Positions 1-16,499 of a stretch of DNA of 64,000 nt are shown here, piece by piece. Positions within the stretch are counted from its first letter, which is position 1; every line of letters starts with the position of its first letter. The notes under the pieces are model-generated. The model was not told where the DNA came from. It searched no databases and was given only the letters and a program-made list of their open reading frames with translations. This DNA is from the human T2T-CHM13v2.0 reference genome, Homo sapiens, in NCBI RefSeq assembly GCF_009914755.1, contig NC_060940.1; one strand, written 5' to 3'. The position numbers and the translations under genes are program-made.

Positions 1-279
1 TGAGTAGCTGAGACTATAGGCATGGACCACCACATCTAATTTTTTTAATTTTTATTTTTAAAAGTTTTTTGTAGAGACAGAGACCCAGTATGTTGCCCAG
101 GTTGGACTGGAACTCCTGGCCTCAAGCAGTCCTTCCAACTCAGCCTCCCACGGTGCTGGGATTACAGGTGTGAGCCACCATATTACACCCAAGCCACACC
201 TAGGATTACAAGTGTGAGCAAATGTCTGCTGAGGGGAGATCCAGCCCGCAAACTTTTTAAAGGACCCTACGTACATAAA

Positions 280-1180
280 TATTAGGCATATTGCTTGTTA
301 GGTAAATTGCCCCACAATAAGGCAGTCTACATTTTTCCCAATGAGGAGATTTTAAAAAGTATTCCTGGGGCAAGCTTGACAATATAAACTTAAAGGATAT
401 AGGTGAAATAGTCAAATGTCTATTTAATTCAGTAATTTAGTTTTACTATGACACTTAAAGCCACATGTTACGTAAGGTAATAATGGAAGCATTGCTCTCA
501 CTAAACTCACATTGCGGGACACAGCTTAAACATTTCAAATGTGTCTTTAACATCATTGCATTAATTATCATCAGAACAACTTTTGGATTTAACAGTTTTC
601 CAAAATATGTCATCTTTACTTCCACCTAATGCTATCACTAAACATTTTCCTACAACTCACAAGTCCCAATTTACAAAGGATTGAGAAAAGCTGGATTTTA
701 CATTTGTTCTTTAAATATATATTAATGTCTCTAAATAAAACCTTCTATATTGCTAAGTGATATTTAAAGGGTTTGTTGATCAGGACATCTAACATTTGCA
801 GCTGTGAGGTCATACCCCGAAGAGTGATCACGAGATCCACTTTAAATCGATCTGTTTCACTTCTTTCTTTCAGTTGATCTCTATAACCACCCATCCACCG
901 ATATTGATTGCCGTCATTTCAGGCTAATGCATCCTTCCCAAATAGTACTTGTTTTTCAAAATTAAATAAACAAGTGATAACACCATAATTTGAAAGACTT
1001 TGCAAGAACTTTAAGACGACTACTTTGTTGATGAAAAATTTTGTGGGAATAAAACCTTGTCTTTTATTTGGGAATATATGAAAAGACGGCGGCCAAGGGC
1101 ATATCAAGAAAACACATACATAAAATGAAGGCAAAGACTGCCATATTAAGATCAGACAGAATAGAATGCAACGAATATTG
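280..1180 (-). mobile_element. Decayed pogo/Tc2-type (Kanga/POGK-like) DNA transposon
   Basis: Minus strand 840-754 translates VDLVITLRGMTSQLQMLDVLINKPFKYHL, matching the pogo-family DDE motif (xxIPGGxTSxLQxLDVxxNKPFK); element ends approximate. Confidence 0.6.
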
Positions 1181-1284
1181 GGCACATGTTATAACACATT
1201 TCAGCATTAATTCAGTCTTGTGCATTCTTTTAGCAGAAATTGATTCCACGGATTTTTAAGGTTACTAGAGGAGTAACGCATTAC

Positions 1285-1401
1285 CTGGGGGCATTTTGTC
1301 TCTTGCTATTGCAACTCCTCTTTTTGTCTTCTTGTGTCTCTGGTACAAATGGGAATTATTTCCATTTCTTTCATAATGGGCATCTCCGTCCAAAAAGTCA
1401 C
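1285..1401 (-). CDS. PKD1L3: PKD1L3 coding exon 3
   Basis: Acceptor ttcaaatag, donor gtaatg; 117 nt; reads GDFLDGDAHYERNGNNSHLYQRHKKTKRGVAIARDKMPP in phase with exon 2. Confidence 0.92.
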
Positions 1402-1636
1402 CTATTTGAAAGCCAACACACAAGTTAATTTATAGGTTATAGCTATGGCTACAAGTCTATAAAACCATCATTACATGCACGTATGTGATAATCAGGAAAA
1501 CACAAATTAAAAATTCCTATCCAGTTTTTTAAGGACACTAAGAATTCTGCAGTAGCCCTTTTGCTCTGCTCACATTATGGTGTCCCACATTTCAAATTAA
1601 GTTCACTAGTTGGGTCAACACTGAGAAGTTCATTAA

Positions 1637-1763
1637 CCCATTTATGCCTAGTGTTCCATTATTGGAACACTAGGCATGTGGAGTTATTTACATCCTACTG
1701 CTTAAGGTCATCGCCAGGGTCTGATTTTTCACCAAAAAAGTTTGCAACCTCCAGCATAAATGG
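1637..1763 (+). mobile_element. MER85 (non-autonomous piggyBac MITE, PGBD3 family)
   Basis: TTAA at 1633-1636, then CCCATTTATGCCTAGTGTTCCATTATTGGAAC...GCATAAATGG; right-hand TTAA lost. Confidence 0.88.
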
Positions 1764-1849
1764 AAAATTCCATACTAAGCATAATATTCTCCTTTGAGTT
1801 CTGTAACTCTCATTGGTAGAGATAAAAGAGTTCAGAAGGTGGATGATAA

Positions 1850-2210
<361 letters not shown>

Positions 2211-2847
2211 TAGAGAAAATCATATAACCACGATGACTATGGCTCAGCTTAAATTCGCTATCGTGAAGCTCGAGCAGCCTACCTTCATACTGCCTGGCAG
2301 TCATACTGTTTCCACTCTCCCAGGTGACTCCCACTTCCCTCTCTCTACTCAACCTCCAACACCTGGCAGCCTCCCTCAGTCTCATTCTCAGGTCAGGTGA
2401 TAACCTTGCTTTCTAACTCAAGGGGAATATCAAAGCAATTTAGAGTCCTTCCATGACTCTGACCATCAAATCTAGCTGTCTACCAGCACCTGTACCTGTA
2501 GCGAGACAATGCCTTCTCTCATGCTGCTACAAATCTTCCTACTCCTACCCAAAGTGAATCCCTCTAGTTGTTTGGTAGCTCAGATTAAGTACATCATTCC
2601 TGCATGCTATTTCTTCTGCCTTAAAAAAAACCCAGCAACTTATATTGGCCTCATGAACTATTGCCCCAGCTGTTTCCTGCTCTTGAGCAAAATTACCTTA
2701 AAAATTGTCCAAACTTATCAGCTCCAATTCTTCTCCTCCCCTCTTTTTCCCTACATTTAGGGATTGCTTTTTACAATGTTGACAGGCTGGGTGTGGTGGC
2801 TCATGCCTGTAATCCCCACACTTAGGGAGGCCGAGGAGACTGTATCA

Positions 2848-3054
<207 letters not shown>

Positions 3055-3096
3055 TCAAGAAAAAAAAACAGTTGACTTAAATTTGTTTTATAATTG

Positions 3097-3413
3097 CTTT
3101 AGTCTGTTTTGCACTGCTATAACAGACTACCACAAACAGGGTAATTTATAAAGAACAGAAATCTAATGCTCACAGTTCTGGAGGCTGGACGTCCAAGAAG
3201 AAGGCACTGGCACTTGGAGTTGGGGGAAGGCTGCAACATCGTAAGGTGAAAAGGCAAGAGAAGCCCTCCCTCTGCCAAGTCCTTTTATAAGGGCCCCTAA
3301 TCCCATTCACAAGGGAGGAGCCCTGTAGGCCAACCCACCTCTTAAAGCCCCACGTCTTAATGCGATCACATTGGCAACACCTGTTTTGGAAGGGGCACAT
3401 TCAAACCATAGCA
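3097..3413. mobile_element. MaLR LTR (MLT1A/MST-like)
   Basis: ttagtctgttttgcactgctataacagactaccac...ggtaatttataaagaacagaaat...cattcaaaccatagca. Confidence 0.7.
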
Positions 3414-4555
3414 ATAATTATGGAAAACATTTAAAGAGTTCCAATGCCAAACTATAAAACCAGGTACATTTCAAAAGGTCTCATTTCCATCTTCATCCTT
3501 TCTGCCCTATTTTCTCTCTCCCTCATAGGTAACCATTTTCATTAGTTTTTGTTTCTCCTTCTGTTATATTTATACGTACGTGTATGTATACAGGCAAATA
3601 TATATGTTCTGTACCTTTATTTTCCACTAAAAAAATACATCATAGAGATAACCCCACTGCAGTACATGGAGATTGTTGTTATTTGCTTTTTACAACCAGT
3701 TCCCTCTTGATGGGCATGTGGATTATTCCTACTTTTTTCTATCACAGAGAGCTACAATGAATAGCCTTACGTGTGCATCTTTTTGTACTTTTGCTGGTTT
3801 GACTTTGGGATAGATTCCTAGCAGTGGACACTGGGTCAAGGGTAGATGTATATGTAATTTTGCTAGATATTGCTGAATTCCCCTTTATTTATAAATATAT
3901 ACAGATTATATCTTACTGCATTCTCACTAGCAACTTATGAGAGTACCTATTTTCTTATGGCCTTGCCAACGGAAAGTGTTGTTAAGTTTGTGGATTTATG
4001 CCAATCTGATAGGTGGGAAAGGGTATCTCAGTTTATTTTTAATTTGCATTACGCTATTTTTTTTGGCAAAAATACTGTGTAAGTGATGTGTATACTTACA
4101 TCAGTGCATTTTTCTTTTTTTTAAAAAATGTAACTTATTATTTTGAGATAATTGTATATTCACATGCCGATGTAAGAGAAAATGCAGAGAGATGCCTTTA
4201 TCCAGTTTCCAAGGGTAACATCTTGCAAGGGTAACAACAGAACATGGACGCTGATACAGTCATGTCAAAATTTTTTTTCAATTGCTATAAGAATCCCTCA
4301 CATTGACCCACCTCCCCCGCCTTTTTTTTTTTTTTTTTTTTTCTGAGACGGAGTCTTGCTCTGTCACCAGGCTAGAGTGCAGTGGCGCAATCTTGGCTGA
4401 CTGCAACCTCCGCCTCCCGGTTCAAGCGATTCTCCTGCCTCAGCCTCCTGAGTACCTGGGACTACAGGTGCACACCACCACGCCTGGCTAATTTTTGTAT
4501 TTTTAGTAGAGACTGGGGTTTCACCATGTTGGCCAGGATGGTCTCAATCTCTTTA

Positions 4556-4675
<120 letters not shown>

Positions 4676-5650
4676 TTAGACCCCGACAACCACTAATCTG
4701 TTCTCCATTTCTATCATGTTATCATTTCAAGAATGCTCAATAAACGGCACCATAGAGTACGTAACATTTTGAGATTGGCTTTGTTCACTTGGCACAATTC
4801 TCTGGAGATTGCTGTGTGTATCAATAGTTTGTTTCTTTTTATTACTGAATTGGACTCCATGGAATCCAATTCAACAACCAGAGGGATTCACTTTGGGTAG
4901 GAGTATGAAGGTTTGTAGCAGCATGAGAGAAGGCATTATCTCTCTACAGGTACAGGTGCTGGTAGGTGGGTAGATTTGGTGGTCCGAGCCTTGGACGGAC
5001 TCCAAATTGCTTTGATTTTTTTTTTTTTTTTTTTCTCCTTGAGTTAGAAAGCGAGGTTATCACCTGACCTAAGAATGAGACTGAGGGAGGCTCCCAGTTG
5101 TTGGAGGTTAAGTAGAGAGAGGAAAGTGGGAAAGAGTCACCCGGGAGAGTGGAAACAGTATGACTGCTATGGCTAGACCACAGTGGTTTAATCATTCACC
5201 TGTTGACAGACATCTGAATTGTTTCCAGTTTTGTTCTGTTATGAATAAAGCTGCTATAAGCATCCATATACATAGTTTTACGTGAGCACAGGTTTTCTCA
5301 TTCTGCGATAAATGCCCAGCAATTGCTCAGTTGTATGGTAGTTGTTTTTTTTTTAAGAAATCACCAAGGCCGGGCACGGTGGCTCATTCCTGTAATCCTA
5401 GCACTTTGAGAGGCCGAGGTGGGAGGATTGCTTGAGTCCAGGAGTTCGAGACCAGCCTGGACAACATAACAAGACCCCCCCCCCCACAACCACTCCCCAC
5501 TCCACCGTCTCCACATAAAAAAATAAATAGGCTGGGCGCAGTGGCTCATGCCTGTAATCCCAACACTTTGGGAGGCCAAGGCAGGCGGATCATCTGAGGT
5601 TGGGAGTTCGAGACTGGCCTGACCAACATGGAGAAACCCCATCTCTACTA

Positions 5651-5803
<153 letters not shown>

Positions 5804-5815
5804 TCAGTCTTGGAA

Positions 5816-5818
5816 AAA

Positions 5819-5853
<35 letters not shown>

Positions 5854-5855
5854 AT
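5816..5855. repeat. (TAAA)n microsatellite (Alu tail)
   Basis: About 10 tandem units. Confidence 0.9.
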
Positions 5856-6338
5856 ACAACAACTACACACACACAAATGCATACGTACATACATACATAG
5901 CTTAATCCTGATCTACTTCTGCAGAGGCGAACCTCGGATAACAGCCCTCTCACCGTTCGACTTCTCATCTTCCTCTGCCTTATTCTCTTCTCCTCCTTCT
6001 CTTTCCCATCCTTCCCTCTGAAGCCCAGATGCTGACTGAATTATGAGTGTGCATGTGGAAAATGGTGTCACCAATACAATTTCTCCCACACTCTGCCCAA
6101 GTCAAAACACGAGGAGGACATCAAGGCACAACTCTTCCAACTCCCAGTGGGGATGGATCCAAGGAAGTCACTCCAGATAATTTTCTCATGCTAATCAGCA
6201 TCATGAAAATCAAAAGCCCTGTATCATCCCATGGTCTAACACTCACAGACTATTTAACCAATATTCTCACATGCACTCCTTATTTAGAATCAGTTTCTAA
6301 AATTTGGGTCTTTGGCAGCATGTAGCTTTATCACTTAC

Positions 6339-6461
6339 CAGTCTGGCAAATGAAATAGTATTTCAGTAAGCACTTGTCCCCTTTGGATGAGATCCGAATG
6401 AAGTTTCTGGACAGGTAGGTGCAGCTGAGGGGCTTTGGGGGCCCGTTGGCTGCAACGTCTG
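6339..6461 (-). CDS. PKD1L3: PKD1L3 coding exon 2
   Basis: Acceptor tcccctcag, donor gtaagt; 123 nt; in phase with exon 1, reading ADVAANGPPKPLSCTYLSRNFIRISSKGDKCLLKYYFICQT. Confidence 0.92.
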
Positions 6462-6539
6462 CTGAGGGGAGATCAGACGCAGATGAGCCTCATACTCGAA
6501 AGCCAGGCTTTTAGGTTTATTTTTTATTATTGTTTTTGA

Positions 6540-6860
<321 letters not shown>

Positions 6861-7056
6861 TGACTTCCAATAGATAAAAATGTAGAATTTCCTCCCACAC
6901 ATTATAGTTTATTTTTTCATATGTGTTCCTTACCACAAGGCTTAGTATTACTTTATCTACACGTTAATGAAGATGATGAGAATGATATAATAATGGCTTG
7001 GATTTGTCTCTAAAACTTCAAGATTATGGTGCATAACTTTGAAAACACTTTGTAAG

Positions 7057-7516
<460 letters not shown>

Positions 7517-7750
7517 TCAGGTAAGTTAACTTTAGATGGGTTCCAGGAAAAATTGCATCATTTTTGCTAACAGACAAATCAAAGGCTGTCGCACAAAATG
7601 GAAATATTTCAGAGGAAAGATGGTAATGAAGTAAAGTGACTGGTTTTTCTGTCTACAAAAGCAGAAAGATTAAGATTTTCTTTTTTTTTTCTGTCCCAGA
7701 ATAAAATATAAGGAAGTTTCCTTCATAAACACTGAACCCCAGGGTCTTAC

Positions 7751-8045
7751 CTGGGTATTTGTTGTCTTGATGCTTTTTCAATGGCATTACATTTTGCCCA
7801 ATCCACCACTTCTTTCCTTCTTCCAGATAGTCCCGGATGAGATCTTGAACTTCCTTGTTCCAAATATGAGCTAGGAATCCTCTCTGCACATGACAGTAAT
7901 GCTGTGCTTCCTCAAAGCTGCATTGAAATCTGTTAAGCTGGTAACAATTATTTTGCCCATGTGGTGCTGGGCTGTTTAGCTCACTTCCTAGAATAATACT
8001 TGTTCTGATGTATAACCAAAGCCAGCTTCCTCCTTTGAAGAACAT
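7751..8045 (-). CDS. PKD1L3: PKD1L3 coding exon 1 (signal peptide and start of C-type lectin domain)
   Basis: ATG at 8045 begins MFFKGGSWLWLYIRTSIILGSELNSPAPHGQNNCYQLNRFQCSFEEAQHYC...KYP; GT donor at 7750-7749; 295 nt. Confidence 0.96.
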
Positions 8046-8097
8046 TTTCTCTGAATTGTAGCAAGAAAAAGTGTGGGGGTTTAGCAGCTGCCTGGTC

Positions 8098-8113
8098 CTT
8101 TAAATATATATAT
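8098..8113 (-). promoter_or_regulatory. Candidate TATA box of PKD1L3
   Basis: Minus strand reads TATATATATTTAAA about 55-65 bp upstream of the ATG. Confidence 0.45.
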
Positions 8114-10679
8114 TGGCGGGCTTGTCTTATTAGTATTATTCTTTTATGAATTGGGAACAATTTACCAAGGATACAAAAGGTTTTGTTTTGAGGACCCAGG
8201 TGCAGGTCCTACAAGCTGAAAACAAATAGCAGAGATCAATAAAACAATGGCCCTTTTTATCTGGGGCCCCACCATCTGTGTCTACCTACCGAATATGCCT
8301 TTAGCAAATAGAGATCGATTATAAAGCTGAGTCTAAGCTGCACTGGGTAGAGGATGATGAATATCTAACATCTAAGTTAGTGCTGCTAAAAATTAATAAG
8401 TGTAGCTTTTTCTTTTCTGAGGCAGGGTCTCATTCTGTTGGTCAGGCTGGAGTGCAGTGGCATGATCTCAGCTCACTGCACCTCAACCTCCCACCTCAGC
8501 CTCCTCAGTAGCTGGGGACTATAGGAGTGCACTACCATGCCCACCTAATTTTTTTTTTTTTTTGAGATAGGGTCTTGCTATGTTGCCCAGGGTGTTCTTC
8601 TGGGCTCAAGCCATCTGCTCACCTCGGCCTCCCAAAGTTCTGGAATTACAGGTGTGAGCCACCACACTCAGCCACATTTTTTTTTTTTTTTAAAGAAAGT
8701 TATTCTTGCAGATCCCCTAGGATTGATTTTTTTTTTCTTTGAGATAGAGTTTTGCTCTTGCTGCCCAGGTTGGAGTGCAATGGTGTCATCTCAGCAACTT
8801 CTGCCTCCTGGGTTCAAGCGATTCTCCTGCCTCAGCCTCCCAAGTAGTTGAGGCATGTGCCACCACACCTGGCTAATTTTGTATTTTTAGTAGAGATGGA
8901 GTTTTGCCATGTTGGTCAGACTGGTCTCAAACTCCTAACCTTAGGTGATCCACCCACCTCGGCCTCCCAAAGTGCTGGGATTACAGACGTGAGCTACTGC
9001 ACCTGGCCTGACTTTTTAAAAAAATAAATGCTATTGTGTATATTTAAGGCACACAGCATGATGTCATGGGATACATATAGATATTAAGAAGGTTACTATA
9101 GTAAAACAAACATATCCATCATCACACATTAGTTACCCACTTTTTTTTTTGTTTTTGTAGCAAGAGCAGCTAAAATCTCATCTAGCATGAATCCTGTCTA
9201 CTGTATGGTTTTATTACCTGTAATCTTCAGTTTGTACACTAAATCTCTCGACTTGTTCATCCTACATCTCTGCTACCCCCAGGACTGATTTAAATTACTG
9301 TATTCTGTCTCTTAAGTACATGCAAACAGAACTAGGCATAAATGCTATTTTTTTTTTATGGGGTCTCACTATGCCACCCAGGCTGGAGGGCAGTAGCATG
9401 ATCATAGCTCAGTGCAGCCTTGAACTCCTGGACTCAAACGATCCTCTCACCTTGGCCTCCCAAACTGCAGGTGTGAGCCACCGTCCCTGGTCCATGAACT
9501 TTATCTTAAAACTCTTACACGGTCATAAAAACAAAACAATATTAAATGGAAGAATGAATACAAATTAAATACAAACAAAACTGAAAATCAATGAGATCCA
9601 AGTTTTGCCAAGCTAAATGGCAGATAAACAGGGCTCTGGCCTACGACTACACAGGTTCCTTTGAATCTGGCATGCATGCTATTTTATGATATGGGGAGGG
9701 TTCAGTTCTGATACCACGTTTCTTTATTTGACTCACACACACACATACACACACACAAAAAACCTTTGTTCACACAGCAGGTCATTTGGTCTCCACCTGT
9801 TGCATATCCATCACGTGTATTACAGCTCGTTCTTTCTTGGTGCCAAAAAGTGATCATAAACTCAAACAAATGTGGGCACTGAACTGCTTGGTAGGTTTCA
9901 GGGTTAAGATGGTTATCCAGATAGTCCAAATGATGCTTATGTTACTCTAAAAATCAGTACAGAAGTGGTCACCAAAATTATGAAATTCTCTAAAACACAG
10001 ACTGCAAGAATACATCCTGTTTGAAAAACACTGCAGTAATCAGCCAGGCGTAGTGGCTCACGCCTGTAATCCCAGTGCTTTGGGAGGCCGAGGTGGGCGG
10101 ATCACTTGAGGTCAGGAGCTCAAGACCAGCCTGGCCAATATGATGAAACCCCGTCTCTACTAAAAATACAAAAACTAGCCGTGCATGGTGGCGCGTGCCT
10201 GTAATCCCAGCTACTCGGGAGGCTGAGGCAGTAGGATCACTTGGCAGTAGGTTGGCAGAGGTTGCAGTAAACTGAGATTGCACCACTGCACTCCAGCCTG
10301 GGGGACAGAGCAAGACCCTGTCTCAAAAAAAAAAAAAAAACAATAAAAAAAAACCCAAAAGAAAAACACCAAAAACACTGCAGTAATCAAATGAAAGATA
10401 AATACAGTATGATCCTCCCTTTCATAAAGTCCAATTAGGGAAGAAAAGGCATAATAATTGTAATTAATATAGGCAGTGAAAAGTGCCAGCCCAGAGGGAC
10501 AGCTTAGGTGCTGCTGGGAAGGTTCAGATAAGGAAGAAATTACTTCCAGCTTTTGGAATGAACATATTAAGATGGCAATATTTAGACAGATGAAATGGAC
10601 ATCTCGACAGAGGAGTCGATGTGAATAAATACACAGAGGTGGGAAAGTGGAAGGTATTGATAAAGAGAAAGAAATACTT

Positions 10680-10681
<2 letters not shown>

Positions 10682-10711
<30 letters not shown>
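10682..10711. repeat. (TG)n microsatellite
   Basis: About 14-15 tandem units. Confidence 0.92.
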
Positions 10712-10713
<2 letters not shown>

Positions 10714-10971
10714 ATGTAGGGGGTACTTGGTGGAACAGTAGTAGGAACTGTAACCAGAAAATGGGAGAGTTTCAAATGCCAGAATAAAGGGCTTGCAGTT
10801 TATTTGGAAGGTTTCTGAGCAGAGTAGTCCACCCTTTCAAGAGTTTGTGACAATGGAATCATCTGGATGTGGGATGCTTTTGTTTTCAAAGTTCACAGAG
10901 CCTCAACTTCTAAACATCTTCATATACATACATAAATAAATGCATGATACATCCACACATATGTTTCAAGC

Positions 10972-12952
<1,981 letters not shown>

Positions 12953-14817
12953 TTTTTTTTTTTTTAATGCATTATGGAAACTTTTTTATGTGATTTTTGT
13001 ACATAAGGAATATGAGAGTAACTCTTTTACAAATGAAACTAATTTACTAGAACAAACAGTGACAAAACTGAACTGATATTTGATGTGAATCCATAGGAGT
13101 TTAAGCTTCAAATCCAGCCAAGAAATTTGTTACAACTCCATCAGCTTTGCATCTGAGTCTTCTGAGATCTTTCCATCAGCCCTGATAGTGCCCAACAGGG
13201 CTTAGCGCTGGCTGACAACATGAGACAAGAAAGCATTCTCAAACTTTGTAATCTTGCTGGGCTCCAGTTTATCAAGATACCCCCTTACACCCGCACAGAT
13301 AACAGCCACTTGTTGTTCAGTAACCATGGGAGGATACTGTCCTTGCTTCAGCAACTCAGTTAGACGCACACCGCGACTCAATAGTTGTTGAGTGGGAGCA
13401 TTGAGGTCAGAACCAAACTGGGCAAAAGCAGCAACCTCACGATCCTGAGCCAATTCCAGCTTCATGGTACCTGCCGCCTGCTTCATAGTCCTGGTTTGGG
13501 CAGCAGATCCAACACAAGACACAGACAGACCCAATGTTAATGGCAGAGCGGATATCTTTGTAGAACAATTCTGTTTCCAAGATCTGTCTGTCAGTGATGG
13601 AAATGACATTCGTTGGAATGTAAGCAGACACATCATCGGCCTGTGTTTCTATGACTAGCAAAGCAGTCAAGGAGCCACCACCAAAAGCATCATTCATTTT
13701 GGCTGCTCTCTCCAGCAACCGGGAGTATAGGTAAAACACATCACCAGGACAGGCCTTACGACCAGGGGGTTCGGTGGAGCAACAGAGACATCTGACAGTA
13801 AGCGACAGCCTGTTTGGATAAGTCGTCATAGATGACCAAAGTATATTTGCCATCGTCTCTAAAATACTCTCCCATGGAACAGTCAGAGTAAGGAGCCAGG
13901 TACTGAAGTAGGGCAGCATCTGAGGCCATAGCTGACACCACAGTGGTGTACTTCACGGCATCTGCATCTGTAAGTCTCTTCACCAACTGAGCAACAGTGG
14001 ATCTCTTTCGACCAATAGCAACATAGATACAGTACAGCTTCTTCTTTTCTTCAGATCTATCATTGAAATGTTTCTGGTTAATGATTGTGTCAATAGCAAT
14101 TGAGGTTTTCCCAGTCCTTCGGTCACCAATAATGAGCTCATGCTGACCACGACCAATTGGCACCAAGCTATCCACAGCCTTAATGCCAGTCGGCATGGGT
14201 TCCCACACTGAAGTTCGAGGAATGATTCTGGGGGCTTTCAGACCGACTCACTTATGGGTCTTGGAACCCATTGGACCCTTTCCATCAATAGCATTACCAA
14301 GGGCATCAACTACACGACCCAACAGCTCCTCACCGACTGGAACGTCCACAATGGTTCCTGTCCTCTTCACTATACCTCCTTCCTTACTTTATTATTTTCA
14401 AACACTACAATGCCAACATTGTCAGTTTCGAAGTTCAAGGACATATCCTTTAAGCCTGAAGAAAACTCTACCATTTCTTCTGCTTGGAACATTCCTCAGC
14501 CCATGTACATGGACAATACCATCACCAATACTTAAGACATGCCCAGTTTCTTCAAGGTCAGCAGAGGTATCAGCTCCAAGAACATGCTCTTTAAGAATAG
14601 AGGACATCTCAGCAGTCCCAGTCTTCTGAAGATGAGTGTTAGAGGCATGGAGGTTCCTTGCAGCAATGAAAGATGAACCCAAAGCATTTCTGGAGACCAG
14701 TCCTGCCCACCGAGTGAGGTCACGGGCTACGGCCGCGGAGACACACACAGACAGCATCTTTGCAGTTTCTCCACAGGTGGTACCTCCACAGCCGCAGCCT
14801 CTGGACTGACTGGGACC
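12953..14817 (-). pseudogene. ATP5F1AP3: Processed pseudogene of ATP synthase F1 alpha (ATP5F1A); probably ATP5F1AP3
   Basis: Intronless MLSV...(ATG 14757), [29 protein letters not shown]; original stop 13101-13103; several frameshifts and a premature TAA at 13202-13204; 5' UTR and poly(A) (T13 at 12953-12965) retained. Confidence 0.93.
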
Positions 14818-15607
14818 GTTTCAAGCATTTTTAAATGAAACCTGATGTTGATGAAATCTCTGAAAGTCAAGTCAGGTATCTTACACAATGCTGTAATTTC
14901 ATTTCAATCCTTTTCATAAAGGGTAAAGTCCTTGTATATATTCTTTCAATACATGATTTATCTAAGACACAAGCACTCTATCAATAAAAGTTTTAATTTA
15001 AACGACCAAAAAATTGGTGAGAGAGTGCTCAGAACTGAGGATAAACATGTAAGTAGTTTTTTGTCCCAGATGAGCAATGATTTATGTTGACTAAGGTGTG
15101 CTGAATTAACTTATTCCATTAAAGTGTAAAGGGAAGACAGGTTGATAAGCATAACTTTTACCTTGATAAATGTTTTCAATGATTTCTATTGCATGTAGAC
15201 TGAAACACCTAGCATGTAAATTATTGCAGTAGAATCTGTCTCTAAGTCTCAGCTGGGTCTGTGAATTTGTTCTAATTTGATAGCTTCATACAACTGATGA
15301 AGCTCAAAAATGGCTTGACTCAAGATATTTCATACACCTTTCTTTTGCTCTAATTTCTGCTACGACAATAACCCAGCTATTTCAGCTGATGGCGGGAACA
15401 CTGCAACTGGACAAAAATGACACGGATGGGTGTAGAGCCTCCAAACAATAAGTATCTGATTAATGCTGTTGACACCTAAGTCTACAGAGGCTATTCTCCA
15501 ACGGCCAGGACATCATTAGGTAAGACATTTCAAAATTCTTCGTGAGGGCACGATTGCTTCAGAGGACTACAAAGTGACACATTAGGTCGTCATAAATCAC
15601 CGCAGTA

Positions 15608-15824
<217 letters not shown>

Positions 15825-15890
15825 TCACCGCAGTAAACCACACTCCAACGGGCCTGCACACTCAGGGTCTTGATTAGAAACAGTATTTAA

Positions 15891-16271
<381 letters not shown>

Positions 16272-16499
16272 TGATCTGCCTGCCTCAGCCTCCCAAAGTG
16301 CTGGGACTACAGGCGTGAGCCACCATGCCCGGCCTCAAGAAAATGTTTTAATTTCCTTAAAAAACCTTAAGAAAAATCAACTTTTAAGTTGAAAAAGTTT
16401 ATATATTAACATATTCATCTTTATATCAACACAGCAGTAAAATTTATTTTTTAAAGTGATAAAAACTGTACAAATATTTCTGGTGTGAAACACAGTGTT

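Noticed and set aside
13202-14757. ATP synthase alpha ORFs as a functional gene
   Set aside because: Split over several frames, premature stop, intronless with poly(A): a processed pseudogene
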